Assembly (NCBI RefSeq): GCF_000237865.1
Contig: NC_017459.1
Span: forward strand, 2,730,001-2,762,000
Length of the DNA stretch: 32,000 bases
Direction of reading: 5' to 3'
Origin: Haloquadratum walsbyi C23
Lineage (GTDB): Archaea; Halobacteriota; Halobacteria; Halobacteriales; Haloferacaceae
Positions 1 through 10,110 of this stretch are shown here, piece after piece. Numbering within the stretch: the stretch's first letter is position 1; each line of letters opens with the position of its first letter. Both the position numbers and the translations under genes were made by a program. The notes below the pieces were generated by a model. It did not search any database and had not been told where the DNA came from. It worked only from the letters and a program-made list of their open reading frames with translations.

Positions 1-125
1 TTCTCGCAACGGGACTGATTATTGCCGATGAGAGTGGACTGGGGTTTCCTCTATTCGTCATCACCCTCCTCGTCTGCGGTTACGCTTTCATACCGACCCT
101 CTTGACTCGCCTACGTGGACAGTAG
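1..125 (+). CDS. C-terminal end of a membrane protein (the gene starts upstream of the window)
   Basis: Frame 3 is open from the window edge and reads ...LATGLIIADESGLGFPLFVITLLVCGYAFIPTLLTRLRGQ, with stop TAG at 123-125. It contains a hydrophobic TM-like stretch. No family can be assigned. Confidence 0.4.
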   Translation, partial: LATGLIIADESGLGFPLFVITLLVCGYAFIPTLLTRLRGQ

Positions 126-862
126 CCCATAGACCCTATTTTTCTTCCCTTGAGGTGGTGTTATTTCAAGATGAATATATTCACGAATCGTAGTTTAGGT
201 CTCTGACACGAAAATAAACCATCTCTCATACATGTGTCCTACAAGCGATTACCCGAATAGCTCTCCGACAGATTCGATCTTTTCCTAGTGAGGAATATCA
301 TCAGGCTCTTACCGGAGATAGTGAAACAGCGGTATCTGTCTCGAAGCTGGGAGATCGAACTGTGCAAGATGCAGAGATGACACTCAGCAACCTTGATCTC
401 TGAATGAAGCAGTTCTACCTTGTTGCATATCGCTGATAAAAAACATATATTCCAAGCATACCTCCAACCGCAATACCAACAACTGCCTTGAGAATCTCTT
501 GCCAACTGGATCTACTGAGACCATATCAAATAAGTCCAATCGGAATGACTGCCAAGATTTCATAACCCCACGAAGGGATCTGGCTTGCATCAACCACTGA
601 GTCCATCGAAAAATACAAACTCATTGCAACAACGCCAACGAAGAACGCACTAATACGATTCCACTGAAAATGTGACCAGCGGAGACCATTGTTTGGAGGG
701 CTATCACCGATGAGATCTCGCTTAGAGGGCACGATTCGTATAGGATGATTTGAGATAAAGAACCTGTGCTAAACTTGTGCCATCCATCTTGCACGCCAAC
801 CAGTGACAATATCGCAAATCTGATCGGTGTTTCGCTCAGTTAGGCAAGAGCGTGTTCGCTTA

Positions 863-1864
863 TTATTCCAACTGCTCAACAGTTACCCCATGGTTCTGCC
901 CTTGAACGATACGTACAGTTCCATCAACGTCAGCGGCATCAAGCGCGTACTGACCAGCACGACGAGCAGCATCAGCATGTTCGATATCGGTGATTCCATA
1001 TACTGTTGGACCCCAGGATGATTGTCCAGCCCCGTAACATGATGATGATGCATCAAGCGAAGCAACGAGTTCACCCGCTGGCGGTCGATATACACCTCCT
1101 TGTTCATCGGTGTACCATCTTCCATTTAATCGCCCAATTGTTTCGATTGCGGTTCCAAACTGCTCGGCATTCTCATTAGCGATGGCTGGAAGAAGCTGCC
1201 GCATTACTGTCCCAGAAACGCGGTCTGCAATATCAGGAGCTGCTTGTGTAACCACACTACGCATACTTGCTTCTTCCTCAGTCCCACTCCGTCCCGGTTC
1301 AACGTCAGGGGTTAATAACAAAAACCGCCAGTTGTCTGGAATCTGTTTGTGAGTCATAACCGGCGGGACCGTCCAACTTCCATCGGTTGGTCGATCGGTC
1401 GTGAATCGCGCCGTCGGATGTCCACCGTCTATAACAAATCCGCCAATTTCAAATGTCCCAACTCCGACCCCAGAGCGTCCTCCGCGACCAAGCGCTGGAG
1501 CGTTCTCTCTTGGCTGTGGTGGTTGATCGTATGCATTTGCGACCGCAGTAAGTGTTGCAAGTGCGAGTTGTGTTCCACTCCCGAGTCCTGCATGCTGGGG
1601 AAGTGCTGATTCAACACTCACTGAAACACTGTCGAGATCTAGTGTATTAAGCGCGCGTGCTGCATATTCACGTGCACTTGGGTGTGAACATCTAACTGTC
1701 GGTGGATTGCAACTATTATCAATTGGCTCTGCAATTACACTCGTTGTGGGTTCACATACGCTAAGACCAATCCCGCCATAGAGACGATCATGTGCAAGAC
1801 TGAGATTCACGAATCCAAAGTGGATGCGACCGCTAGTGGTGACGCGGACGCGACCAAGACTCAT
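863..1864 (-). CDS. beta-ribofuranosylaminobenzene 5'-phosphate (beta-RFAP) synthase-like protein, GHMP-kinase fold
   Basis: 333-aa ORF with ATG at 1862-1864. The N-terminus RIHFGFVNL...LYGGIGLSV resembles the start of archaeal beta-RFAP synthases (MJ1427 family, recalled from memory). It carries a GHMP-type glycine-rich motif, GLGSGTQLALA. Confidence 0.75.
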   Translation of the reverse strand: MSLGRVRVTTSGRIHFGFVNLSLAHDRLYGGIGLSVCEPTTSVIAEPIDNSCNPPTVRCSHPSAREYAARALNTLDLDSVSVSVESALPQHAGLGSGTQLALATLTAVANAYDQPPQPRENAPALGRGGRSGVGVGTFEIGGFVIDGGHPTARFTTDRPTDGSWTVPPVMTHKQIPDNWRFLLLTPDVEPGRSGTEEEASMRSVVTQAAPDIADRVSGTVMRQLLPAIANENAEQFGTAIETIGRLNGRWYTDEQGGVYRPPAGELVASLDASSSCYGAGQSSWGPTVYGITDIEHADAARRAGQYALDAADVDGTVRIVQGQNHGVTVEQLE

Positions 1865-2126
1865 TCTGTGTCAATATACTGTGTCAAGCCGATTGTTGCT
1901 TTCGTCATCGGCGATATACGACAATAATGCCGTATGAGAGATGTATTACTATGTATACTGACTTCGGGAATCGACTTCTGTACCCGATGAAACTGTATTG
2001 AGACGGGTGAAGCCGTGTTCACCGACACACATGGAACGCTTGATCAAATACTCAGGACAAACCCATGTTGAAATTTTCCCGGCATTGGCGAAGCTTTCTC
2101 CTCGGGTTCCACATATCCAAAATTAC

Positions 2127-2456
2127 CTACGGTAGTGGGCAGAGACTTGCGGTAAGTATCGCTACTGTGTCTGTTTCATTACGGGCACCATGGACAACAC
2201 CACGGTCATTATACACAACGCCAGGTGCATCAACAGTCGTCTCTTCATCATCCTGCGTGACAACCACTGTCCCGTCAAGAATATGAAATACATTTGTACT
2301 CTTTTCATGTTCATGTGGGTCTACGCTTGCGCCTGGTCCAAGTGCGAATGCCTTGAGCAGGACGTCCTCAGAAACATGTAATTCTGCGGTTTCAATGTTA
2401 CCAGCGGCTGGATCAAGCGACGCAATCGCCTCAGCATACAGATCACTTATCGACAT
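2127..2456 (-). CDS. small cupin-domain protein
   Basis: The sequence DPHEHEKSTNVFHILDGTVVV...GVVHGARN has a two-motif cupin pattern. The 151-aa track ORF would overlap the 3' end of the upstream gene by about 56 nt, so I start at the internal ATG 2454-2456 (MSISDLYAEA...). Confidence 0.7.
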   Translation of the reverse strand: MSISDLYAEAIASLDPAAGNIETAELHVSEDVLLKAFALGPGASVDPHEHEKSTNVFHILDGTVVVTQDDEETTVDAPGVVYNDRGVVHGARNETDTVAILTASLCPLP

Positions 2457-2526
2457 TGTGACTGTTGAAAATAAACACTGATACAGTATAATATCGCCGA
2501 CGATGATATTCTGTCTTGCATCATAA

Positions 2527-2868
2527 CTATAATCCAGCCAACTCCTCAGCGACGACAGTTGTATTAAGTAATGCTGGGTCAATCGCTAGGTCTGTCTGTC
2601 CGCGAGCAAACTCAGGCAATGAGTCAGAGGTATACGCAACAACTCGTACCGCAGGATTCTGCTCTTTCGCGACTGGAATGGCTGATGCATCATCCATCGT
2701 CGTCAGAACAAGCGTATCAGCAGCCGAAAGTCCCGCCGCCTCAAGTGACTCATATGTCACTATTTCATTAATCTCTATAATGTCAACTCCACAATCGTTT
2801 AACTCCGCTGCAAGATCATTTTCATCCGGTCCGGCTATTAGAAACATCTGTGATTCATCGTTATTCAT
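2527..2868 (-). CDS. small acidic Rossmann/TrkA-N-like protein of unknown function
   Basis: 113-aa ORF with ATG at 2866-2868, very acidic as expected for a halophile. Alternating beta-alpha pattern (MFLIAGPDENDLAAEL...TLVLTTMDD...VRVVAYT). From memory, a similar small gene sits beside pyrG/guaA in other haloarchaea; this is not verified. Confidence 0.6.
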   Translation of the reverse strand: MNNDESQMFLIAGPDENDLAAELNDCGVDIIEINEIVTYESLEAAGLSAADTLVLTTMDDASAIPVAKEQNPAVRVVAYTSDSLPEFARGQTDLAIDPALLNTTVVAEELAGL

Positions 2869-3129
2869 GTCGATTGTCTAATCATATGATATCTAGCGTG
2901 GTCACACCAGCAATTCTCTCCGTCGACGTGAGCTCCAATTTCAATATTAATATTAATATGAATACGAATTCTAATTTTGATTTGATTCGGGTTGTGCGTG
3001 GGATTGATACCGTTTGTCACTCATACAATTGGTATATATAAGGTATACAGACTTAGCTACTTGCATCTTATTTGTACCGAGTTGGTCAGTGCATGTCATT
3101 GACTTTCTCTTCGACAGTAGCAGTATTTT

Positions 3130-3170
3130 GTGAACTCACCCCGAGGCAGTCGTCTTATACCGCCTGCACA
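3130..3170. repeat. short intergenic repeat S, copy 1 (GTGAACTCACCC...AGTCGTCTTATACCGCCTG)
   Basis: It shares GTGAACTCACCC and a 19-nt block AGTCGTCTTATACCGCCTG with 10541-10594. It lies about 96 nt downstream of the guaA-subunit-B stop codon. Confidence 0.6.
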
Positions 3171-3265
3171 TACGGTTCTCATTAATCATTCAATGCGTAC
3201 TTGATAATCGAAGACTGTTTAAGTATACCTGAGGTTACCGTTCAGTTTTATTTTCATTACAATAC

Positions 3266-4183
3266 TTACTCGTATTCAATTGTTGCTGGGGGCTTGTGTG
3301 TTATATCATAAAGAACTCGGGCAACATCATCATTTTCACCGGTGATCCGTGATTGAATTCGTTGGAGGGCTTCCCATGGAAGTTCCTGTGCCCGAGCTGT
3401 CATCCCATCACGAGACTCGACAGCACGCACTGAGACAATCCACCCATGGACGCGATTGTCACCTTTCACTCCCGTTGCTTTCCCAACGACTGCAGCGAAT
3501 GCTTGCCAAGGGTCGAATTCAGCAGTCTCTGATTCGACAATGTGACATGCCTCACGCGCAACCGCAACTTTTTCAGGAGTCACCTCATCGATGACACGGA
3601 TTGCGAGTCCCGGTCCAGGAAATGGCATTCGCTCAGAAACGAGTTCATCGAGATCAAGTTCACGGGCGACTTCTCGGACTTCATCTTTGTATAACTCACG
3701 AACTGGCTCAACAATTCCCTCAAAATCAACGACATCTGGTAATCCACCAACATTATGATGTGATTTAATATTCCCTTCTGACTCAATCCGGTCAGGGTAG
3801 ATTGTTCCTTGAACGAGATAATCAGCATTTGCAGCATGTGCTTCTTGTTCAAACTCACGAATAAACTGCTCACCAATGACGTGTCGTTTCTCTTCTGGAT
3901 CGGTGACACCAGCAAGTGATTCGAAAAATCGATCTTGTGCATCAACAACGCGAAGTGAATCCATATATGCAAAGGTGTCTTTCACCTGTTTGGTCTCTCC
4001 TTTCCGCATCAGCCCTGTATCAACATAGACAGGTGTGAGTTGGTCACCAATCGCTTTATATGCAAGTGCGGCTGAGACTGACGAATCTACACCACCAGAA
4101 AGCGCAATGACAGCATTATCCTCGCCAATCGCTGCATCAATCTCTGCAATAGCCTCATCAATGAATACGGATACATCAACCAT
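3266..4183 (-). CDS. guaA: GMP synthase [glutamine-hydrolysing] subunit B (ATP pyrophosphatase subunit)
   Basis: 305 aa. PP-loop motif [10 protein letters not shown] near the N-terminus and a conserved C-terminal dimerisation region ending ...KPPATIEYE. Its start codon overlaps the pyrG stop codon (TGATG at 4181-4185). Confidence 0.93.
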   Translation of the reverse strand: MVDVSVFIDEAIAEIDAAIGEDNAVIALSGGVDSSVSAALAYKAIGDQLTPVYVDTGLMRKGETKQVKDTFAYMDSLRVVDAQDRFFESLAGVTDPEEKRHVIGEQFIREFEQEAHAANADYLVQGTIYPDRIESEGNIKSHHNVGGLPDVVDFEGIVEPVRELYKDEVREVARELDLDELVSERMPFPGPGLAIRVIDEVTPEKVAVAREACHIVESETAEFDPWQAFAAVVGKATGVKGDNRVHGWIVSVRAVESRDGMTARAQELPWEALQRIQSRITGENDDVARVLYDITHKPPATIEYE

Positions 4184-5850
4184 CAGATCTGCACCTCCTC
4201 ACTCGTGGAGACATTGAGCGAGCGAGCATCAAGTGTTGAATCAACTGACTTTAAGAAACTCACGAATGGTGGACTTGCACGGTCAGGTCGCGACCGGAAT
4301 TCAGGGTGAAACTGTGTTCCAAGGAAAAACGGATGATCGCTTCGCTCAAGAATTTCCATTCGATTATCTGCTTGCCCCGAGAATGAAAGTGCGCCTGCTT
4401 CTAATTTATCGATATACTCAGGATTGACTTCATATCGGTGTCGATGCCGCTCAGTGCAGACAGTGCCGTTATAGACCGCTGCTGCAAGTGTGTTCGGATC
4501 AATATTTGTCTCATGTGCACCTAATCGCATTGTTCCGCCCATTGTCTCAACGTCATACTGCTCAGGGAGAATATCAATCACTGGATGTGGTGTTTCAGGC
4601 TGTAATTCCGCGGAGTGTGCATCGGCGAATCCAAGCACATTCTGTGCATGCTCAACGACTGCCATCTGAAATCCTAAACAAAGTCCCAAGAACGGCACAT
4701 TGTGCTCTCGACAGTATTCAATCGCTTTGAGTTTACCCGCAATTCCACGAGACCCAAAGCCTCCAGGAACAACAACGCCATCTGCTTCTCGGAGGCGATC
4801 CTCATGATGATCAAGCATCTCATCAGAATCAACCCACTGAACGGTCACTTCGGTCTGTGTTTCAATCCCAGCGTGCTTCAGTGCCTCATGGACGGACATA
4901 TATGCGTCTTCAAGATCATATTTGCCAACAAGTGCAACATCAACATTGCTTGTTCGTTCACGGGTAACAAGCTCACGCCACGTGTTAGTTCGGTCTGTTG
5001 TTATTATTGCTTCCTCAGCGAGATTAAGTCGTTCCATGACATGCTGATCCAGTCCCTCCTCCTCAATCACGAGCGGAACATGATAAATATCGTCAACATC
5101 AGGATTCGAGAATACTGCTGTCGTTGGAACATCACAGAATAGCGCGATTTTCTCTTTTGTTGCCGGTTCAAGTCTATCTGAACATCGTCCAACCAGTATA
5201 TCGGGTTGGAGACCGATTGAACGAAGTTCTTTTACTGAGTGTTGTGTTGGTTTTGTTTTCTGCTCTCCATTCTTTGAGTATGGTACAAGCGTCACATGTG
5301 TGAAAAGGATATTCTCACTCGCTTCCTCATGTGCGAATTGTCGAAGTGCCTCAAGATACGGCATTCCCTCGATATCTCCGACAGTCCCACCAACTTCAAC
5401 GATACACACATCAGTCCCTGCTGCTGCTTCTCGAATCCGTCGTTTGATATCATCTGTGATGTGCGGAATAATCTGAACTGTCTTCCCGAGGTAATCGCCT
5501 GACCGTTCCTTCTCAATGACATGTTTGTATGTCTTCCCAGTTGTGACATTGTGATCAGAGGTCATATCCTCACCGAGGAATCGCTCGTAGTTTCCTAAAT
5601 CAAGATCAACTTCGCCACCATCTTTGAGCACATACACCTCACCATGTTGATACGGATTCATTGTCCCTGCATCAACATTGAGATATGGGTCGATTTTTAC
5701 TGCGGTAACGTCAAATCCAGCATTTGAGAGTAATCGTCCGGTGCTTGCGGCTGTGATTCCTTTGCCCAATCCAGACATTACTCCACCGGTCACAAAAATA
5801 AATTTTCGACCCAGTGAGGGGTCGTACTCCGTCTCAGGTTCCTTCGGCAT
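4183..5850 (-). CDS. pyrG: CTP synthase
   Basis: Motifs [14 protein letters not shown], the glutaminase site GLCLGFQ and HRHRYEVN. The track ORF begins at TTG 5892. The ATG at 5848-5850 ([17 protein letters not shown]...) matches the usual haloarchaeal N-terminus, so I use it. Confidence 0.95.
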   Translation of the reverse strand: MPKEPETEYDPSLGRKFIFVTGGVMSGLGKGITAASTGRLLSNAGFDVTAVKIDPYLNVDAGTMNPYQHGEVYVLKDGGEVDLDLGNYERFLGEDMTSDHNVTTGKTYKHVIEKERSGDYLGKTVQIIPHITDDIKRRIREAAAGTDVCIVEVGGTVGDIEGMPYLEALRQFAHEEASENILFTHVTLVPYSKNGEQKTKPTQHSVKELRSIGLQPDILVGRCSDRLEPATKEKIALFCDVPTTAVFSNPDVDDIYHVPLVIEEEGLDQHVMERLNLAEEAIITTDRTNTWRELVTRERTSNVDVALVGKYDLEDAYMSVHEALKHAGIETQTEVTVQWVDSDEMLDHHEDRLREADGVVVPGGFGSRGIAGKLKAIEYCREHNVPFLGLCLGFQMAVVEHAQNVLGFADAHSAELQPETPHPVIDILPEQYDVETMGGTMRLGAHETNIDPNTLAAAVYNGTVCTERHRHRYEVNPEYIDKLEAGALSFSGQADNRMEILERSDHPFFLGTQFHPEFRSRPDRASPPFVSFLKSVDSTLDARSLNVSTSEEVQI

Positions 5851-6089
5851 ACTGAGTGTGTGCGAGGGCACCTCAAAACCGTTTCGGAGCAACTAATTCT
5901 ATGCGATAAATACACATGTATATCATATTTAATAAAATTAAAAATGTGAGAATTAATCAAGATAATTACTGAAGAAATCGTTCTATCGATACTCGTGTTT
6001 TAGATTCAAGAGTCATGATGTATGACGATTATCGTGCTGTCGATGGGGTTTTATTTACTGAGATAGTATTGTACAATAGAAACACTATC

Positions 6090-6284
6090 ATGGCTACAAA
6101 GTGCGAATCAAATGTTCGTCGAATGGCTGGTATTGTTGTTCTCGCTGGACTCTTGGGTGGGTGGTTCATCACCAGTTGGATATATCTGTTAACTGCATTT
6201 GCTGGAGTTAACCTACTACAAAGTAGTTTCACGAATATCTGTCCTGCAGAGTCGATTCTCTCTCGGCTCGGTCTTGGTTGTTAG
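6090..6284 (+). CDS. small two-TM membrane protein, DUF2892 (YgaP C-terminal)-like
   Basis: MATKCESNVRRMAGIVVLAGLLGGW...AFAGVNLLQSSFTNICPAESIL shows the R..G...L..G, two-TM and conserved C-P pattern typical of DUF2892. An upstream ATG at 6015 is possible but would add an atypical leader. Confidence 0.6.
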   Translation: MATKCESNVRRMAGIVVLAGLLGGWFITSWIYLLTAFAGVNLLQSSFTNICPAESILSRLGLGC

Positions 6285-6297
6285 TTACTCATCAAGA

Positions 6298-8991
6298 TTA
6301 TCCAGTATTTTTCATCCCTGCTGCAATTCCTTTCACCGTCAACCGGAGCGTTCGTTCCTCCTCATCAGTTCGATGTGTCTGCTCCAGCAGATGTGTCTGA
6401 AGTAGATTCAGCGGATCAACATATGGGTTCCGTCGTTGAAGGCTCTGATCAAGCCATTCACGCTCAAGCAGCGAGTCTCGACCGGAAACCTCACAGACAA
6501 GCTCACGTGATCGGTTACATTCTGTGCGGAGATGTGGGAAGAAATCCTCTCGAAGTTCAGGGTCTGCAAGCGACGCATAGTGCTCTGCTATGTCCAAATC
6601 GGTCCGTGCAAGCGCAAGTGCAGCGTTATCAAGTGTTGTTCTGAAGAATGGCCAATCAGTATACATTGATTTGAGCGTTGTGATATCCCCTCCATTGTCG
6701 AGATATGATTGAATCCCGCCACCGAGTGCGTACCATCCAGTGATGATACATCGAGACTGTGTCCAAGAAAACACCCATGGGATTGCACGCAGGTCTTCGA
6801 CAGTTCGCTCACCTGACCGCGATGCTGGTCGCGAGCCAAGATTTAAATCCTCGATAACACCGATTGGCGTTGCCTGTCCAAAGTATGTAATAAATCCATC
6901 AGTGTTCAACAGATCATAATATTGCTTTCGAGCGGCAGAAGCCATTTCCTCCATTGCATCAATCCACGCGCTCGGAACATCCTCTGTTGGCTCGCGAATA
7001 GCGTTATGACGGGCACGTACCTGTGCATTGAGCATCTGCTCAAGATTACGTTCAGCGATCAGTGGATTTGCATACTTCTCTGCAATAGCCTCTCCCTGTT
7101 CTGTGAATTTGATCTGTCCTGTGACCGTCTCATTTGGCAAGGCTAACATCGCCTCATTCATTGGTCCACCACCACGTGATATCGACCCGCCACGACCATG
7201 GAATAATCGCATTGTCACATCAAAGTCATCACAAATCTGTGCAAGACGGCGTTGATTCTTGTATAAATCCCAGTTTGCAGCAAGAAAGCCATTCTCCTTA
7301 TTTGAATCAGAATATCCAAGCATAATCTCTTGGACATTGTCGCGTGCACTCAATGCAGCCGCATATGCATCATTTTCAAACAGCGTCCCCATAATCTCGC
7401 GGGCTCCATTCAGCGCAGACTCTGTCTCTAATAGTGGGACAATATCAAGTCCACAGTGGTCTGGAAGCGAAACAACACCAGCCTGATCAGCTAAGAAAAG
7501 AACTTCGAGAACATGACTTGGGTTTTCAGTCATTGAGATACAGTATGTGTCGATTGCACCAACACCGAATTCTCGCTGCCACTCACCAAGCATTGAAAAT
7601 CGCCGAAGTACACGCCTTGCGGTATCAGAAACATCTCCGGGATCCTCAAGATCAACGACTGGTTCTGTCTGGAGAATTGCCTCTGTCAATATTTCGATGC
7701 GATCGGCTTCATCATAGCTATCATACTCAATCCCTGAGTTTATGAATACTTCATGAACAGCTTCAGTATGATTTTTTTGATGATCACGGAGATCGAGACT
7801 TGCAAGTGTAAATCCGAATGTATCCACCTGTCTCATTAATGGCTCAACATATTCATCCGCAACAACCTCGCCACCATTTTTGCGAAGACTCTGATCAATT
7901 ACTTCAAGATCCGAAAGGAATGCCTCAGGATCGCTGTATCCGTCTGGACGGACATCATCAATCCGGCGAAGTTGCTCACGCATCAGTTTCAATTTTTGTC
8001 GATATGGCTCACCAGGATAGCGCTCTTCAGTCTCTGCTGTGACGCCTGGGAGTCGTTCATAATCGGTTTTTAATGATCGTTTGAGCTGGGTGCTGATATC
8101 GACGCGATCAGCATCTTGGCTCAAGACACCAGACAACCGCTTAAGCGCCTGGCTATATTTCTCTAGAACAACTCCTCGCTGGCGCTCAAGAGTATCTGTT
8201 GTGACTTCTGGTGTGACAAATGGATTTCCGTCACGATCAGATCCAGCCCATGAGCGGAATTCGAATAATTTTGGTACACTAACATCGGGGTACTCTGACC
8301 CAATGATATCCTCAAACTCAGCGTACACTTCACCAACAACGTCAAATAGAATTGATTCGAGATACCACTGGACATTTCGCGCTTCATCTTGGGGCTCTGG
8401 ACGCCGTCCGCGAACCTGTGACGTCTGCCAGAGACTTGTAATCTCCGCATCAACCTTTCGCCAAATTTGATCATGTTCCCGATTGGTGATGCGTTGCTCG
8501 TCGAGTTCTTCGAGTTTATTCGCAATTGAGCGAAGTTTTGCTTTGACTGTCTTTCGCCGGGCTTCCGTTGGGTGTGCGGTAAATGTTGGCTCGATAAGAA
8601 CTTCATCAAGAACGCGCTGTACTGTCTCAGAATCGGCATCAGCATCTATCAGCGACTCAACAGTTGCGATAAGTCCATCATCGAGATCTTCTGCTTGGGC
8701 GCCTTCACGGACAACGCGAGCTCGTTCGCGTTCTTCAGCGAGATTCACAAGTTCAAAATATGTGGTAAATGCCCTTGCAACAGTGCTCTCTCGCTCTGAG
8801 TCAAGTTCATCTAATAGTTGATCAAGCTGATTGCGAGTTGCTAATTTTCCATTTCGATAATCGATTGCTGCCGTGCGAATATCCTCAACTGTCTCAAAAG
8901 CTGCATCAGAGGTCTGATCGGCTAAGACATCACCGAGAAGCGCACCTAGCTCCTGGATATCTTGTTTGACCCCCCTGCTGTGTAAGTCCAT
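6298..8991 (-). CDS. ppc: phosphoenolpyruvate carboxylase (bacterial/plant type)
   Basis: 897 aa with TAHPTE, GYSDSNKENG, FHGRGGSISRGGGP and the C-terminal ...GMKNTG signature. Confidence 0.95.
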   Translation of the reverse strand: MDLHSRGVKQDIQELGALLGDVLADQTSDAAFETVEDIRTAAIDYRNGKLATRNQLDQLLDELDSERESTVARAFTTYFELVNLAEERERARVVREGAQAEDLDDGLIATVESLIDADADSETVQRVLDEVLIEPTFTAHPTEARRKTVKAKLRSIANKLEELDEQRITNREHDQIWRKVDAEITSLWQTSQVRGRRPEPQDEARNVQWYLESILFDVVGEVYAEFEDIIGSEYPDVSVPKLFEFRSWAGSDRDGNPFVTPEVTTDTLERQRGVVLEKYSQALKRLSGVLSQDADRVDISTQLKRSLKTDYERLPGVTAETEERYPGEPYRQKLKLMREQLRRIDDVRPDGYSDPEAFLSDLEVIDQSLRKNGGEVVADEYVEPLMRQVDTFGFTLASLDLRDHQKNHTEAVHEVFINSGIEYDSYDEADRIEILTEAILQTEPVVDLEDPGDVSDTARRVLRRFSMLGEWQREFGVGAIDTYCISMTENPSHVLEVLFLADQAGVVSLPDHCGLDIVPLLETESALNGAREIMGTLFENDAYAAALSARDNVQEIMLGYSDSNKENGFLAANWDLYKNQRRLAQICDDFDVTMRLFHGRGGSISRGGGPMNEAMLALPNETVTGQIKFTEQGEAIAEKYANPLIAERNLEQMLNAQVRARHNAIREPTEDVPSAWIDAMEEMASAARKQYYDLLNTDGFITYFGQATPIGVIEDLNLGSRPASRSGERTVEDLRAIPWVFSWTQSRCIITGWYALGGGIQSYLDNGGDITTLKSMYTDWPFFRTTLDNAALALARTDLDIAEHYASLADPELREDFFPHLRTECNRSRELVCEVSGRDSLLEREWLDQSLQRRNPYVDPLNLLQTHLLEQTHRTDEEERTLRLTVKGIAAGMKNTG

Positions 8992-9138
8992 ACCACTGAT
9001 ATACCATGGACCGAGTAAAAATCCCTGTATTTTATTTACTCATTGATAAAAATATCACGATTATTGTTATGAGTTTGGTGTCTACTCAGCAATCGGTTGT
9101 TTCGTTACGCTTTTTACCAGTGGAGCGAAGTTCAAATT

Positions 9139-9984
9139 ATGAGTGAGCGTGATAAATACCCAGCAGATTCCGGTCGTCGTCGATTCGTGAAGGGCGTTGT
9201 CGGTGGAGCGGCGCTCGCTGGCGTTGGCGCGACAGGGGCTGCCGCAGTTAATTCTGCAACAACATCGCCAGGTGCTGGTGGAGGGACGACGCAGGCGTAT
9301 GCAATTGAGAATACTGATGGTCCAGCACCTCGTGGGATGCCTCAAATTCCGATTGAAGTCGATTCTGAGGGATTTTTGAAAGGTGTTTGGCCTGAAATTA
9401 AAACAGAAAAACAGGGGGGGATTAGTATCCAGATTGCTGAGACTGACGACTTCAAAGGATCTGGTGTGACGTACTCAACAGAATGGTTCCAATACTGTGG
9501 TGTTGAATCCTATGCTGGTATTAACCCACAGTATGACTCTGATAATTACTTCCGTGTCGGTTCAAATCCTGGGTATGACTGGATGAGTGAGACTTACTCT
9601 GAAGGCGATAAGCTTCATGTTGATGATTTCACCGACTATGAGTCATGGTCCAACGGCATCGGCCGTGCCGGGCTTGGAAAGCCAGCGACTGGACGGTGGC
9701 GGTCTGAGGATGCTGAAAATATCATCCCGATTCAGGTAATTAAATCGAAAGAAATCGAGGAAGCCACTGGTCAGGATGCGTGGCTTGAAGCATCAACTGA
9801 TGAAGGATTTGTCGCTTGGCTGAATAAGTGTACACACTTTTGTTGTGTTCCACAATACAAAAGCGAGGGATCTGCGAAATTCAATGCTGAAAATGATGTC
9901 TACTGCCAGTGTCACCAATCTGTATATGATCCATTCAGCATTGTTCAGACACTTTTTGTTGCACGACCTCGACCACAGGAATAA
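9139..9984 (+). CDS. Tat-exported Rieske [2Fe-2S] protein
   Basis: Twin-arginine signal SGRRRFVKGVVGGAALAG. Cluster-binding boxes C-T-H-F-C-C and C-Q-C-H-Q-S lie near the C-terminus. The ATG at 9139 (MSERDKYP...) is preferred over the upstream track start. Confidence 0.85.
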   Translation: MSERDKYPADSGRRRFVKGVVGGAALAGVGATGAAAVNSATTSPGAGGGTTQAYAIENTDGPAPRGMPQIPIEVDSEGFLKGVWPEIKTEKQGGISIQIAETDDFKGSGVTYSTEWFQYCGVESYAGINPQYDSDNYFRVGSNPGYDWMSETYSEGDKLHVDDFTDYESWSNGIGRAGLGKPATGRWRSEDAENIIPIQVIKSKEIEEATGQDAWLEASTDEGFVAWLNKCTHFCCVPQYKSEGSAKFNAENDVYCQCHQSVYDPFSIVQTLFVARPRPQE

Positions 9985-10110
9985 ACGAATATCACTGTGG
10001 ACAACCCGCGCTCATCACATCCGTTATACTTGTCGTATATCTGTTCTGAATCTGTCGACATCTTGATTTTCTCCGATATAATATTTGTGTGATATGTCTG
10101 TGTTCATAGT

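Noticed and set aside
3580-8821. Long shadow ORFs inside guaA, pyrG and ppc, for example 3580..3972 (-), 4702..5142 (+), 8081..8470 (+), 8163..8645 (-) and 8483..8821 (+).
   Set aside because: They are antisense or off-frame within genes whose own frames carry full-length family signatures. Their composition (Ser/Arg/Cys/Ile-rich) is non-halophilic.
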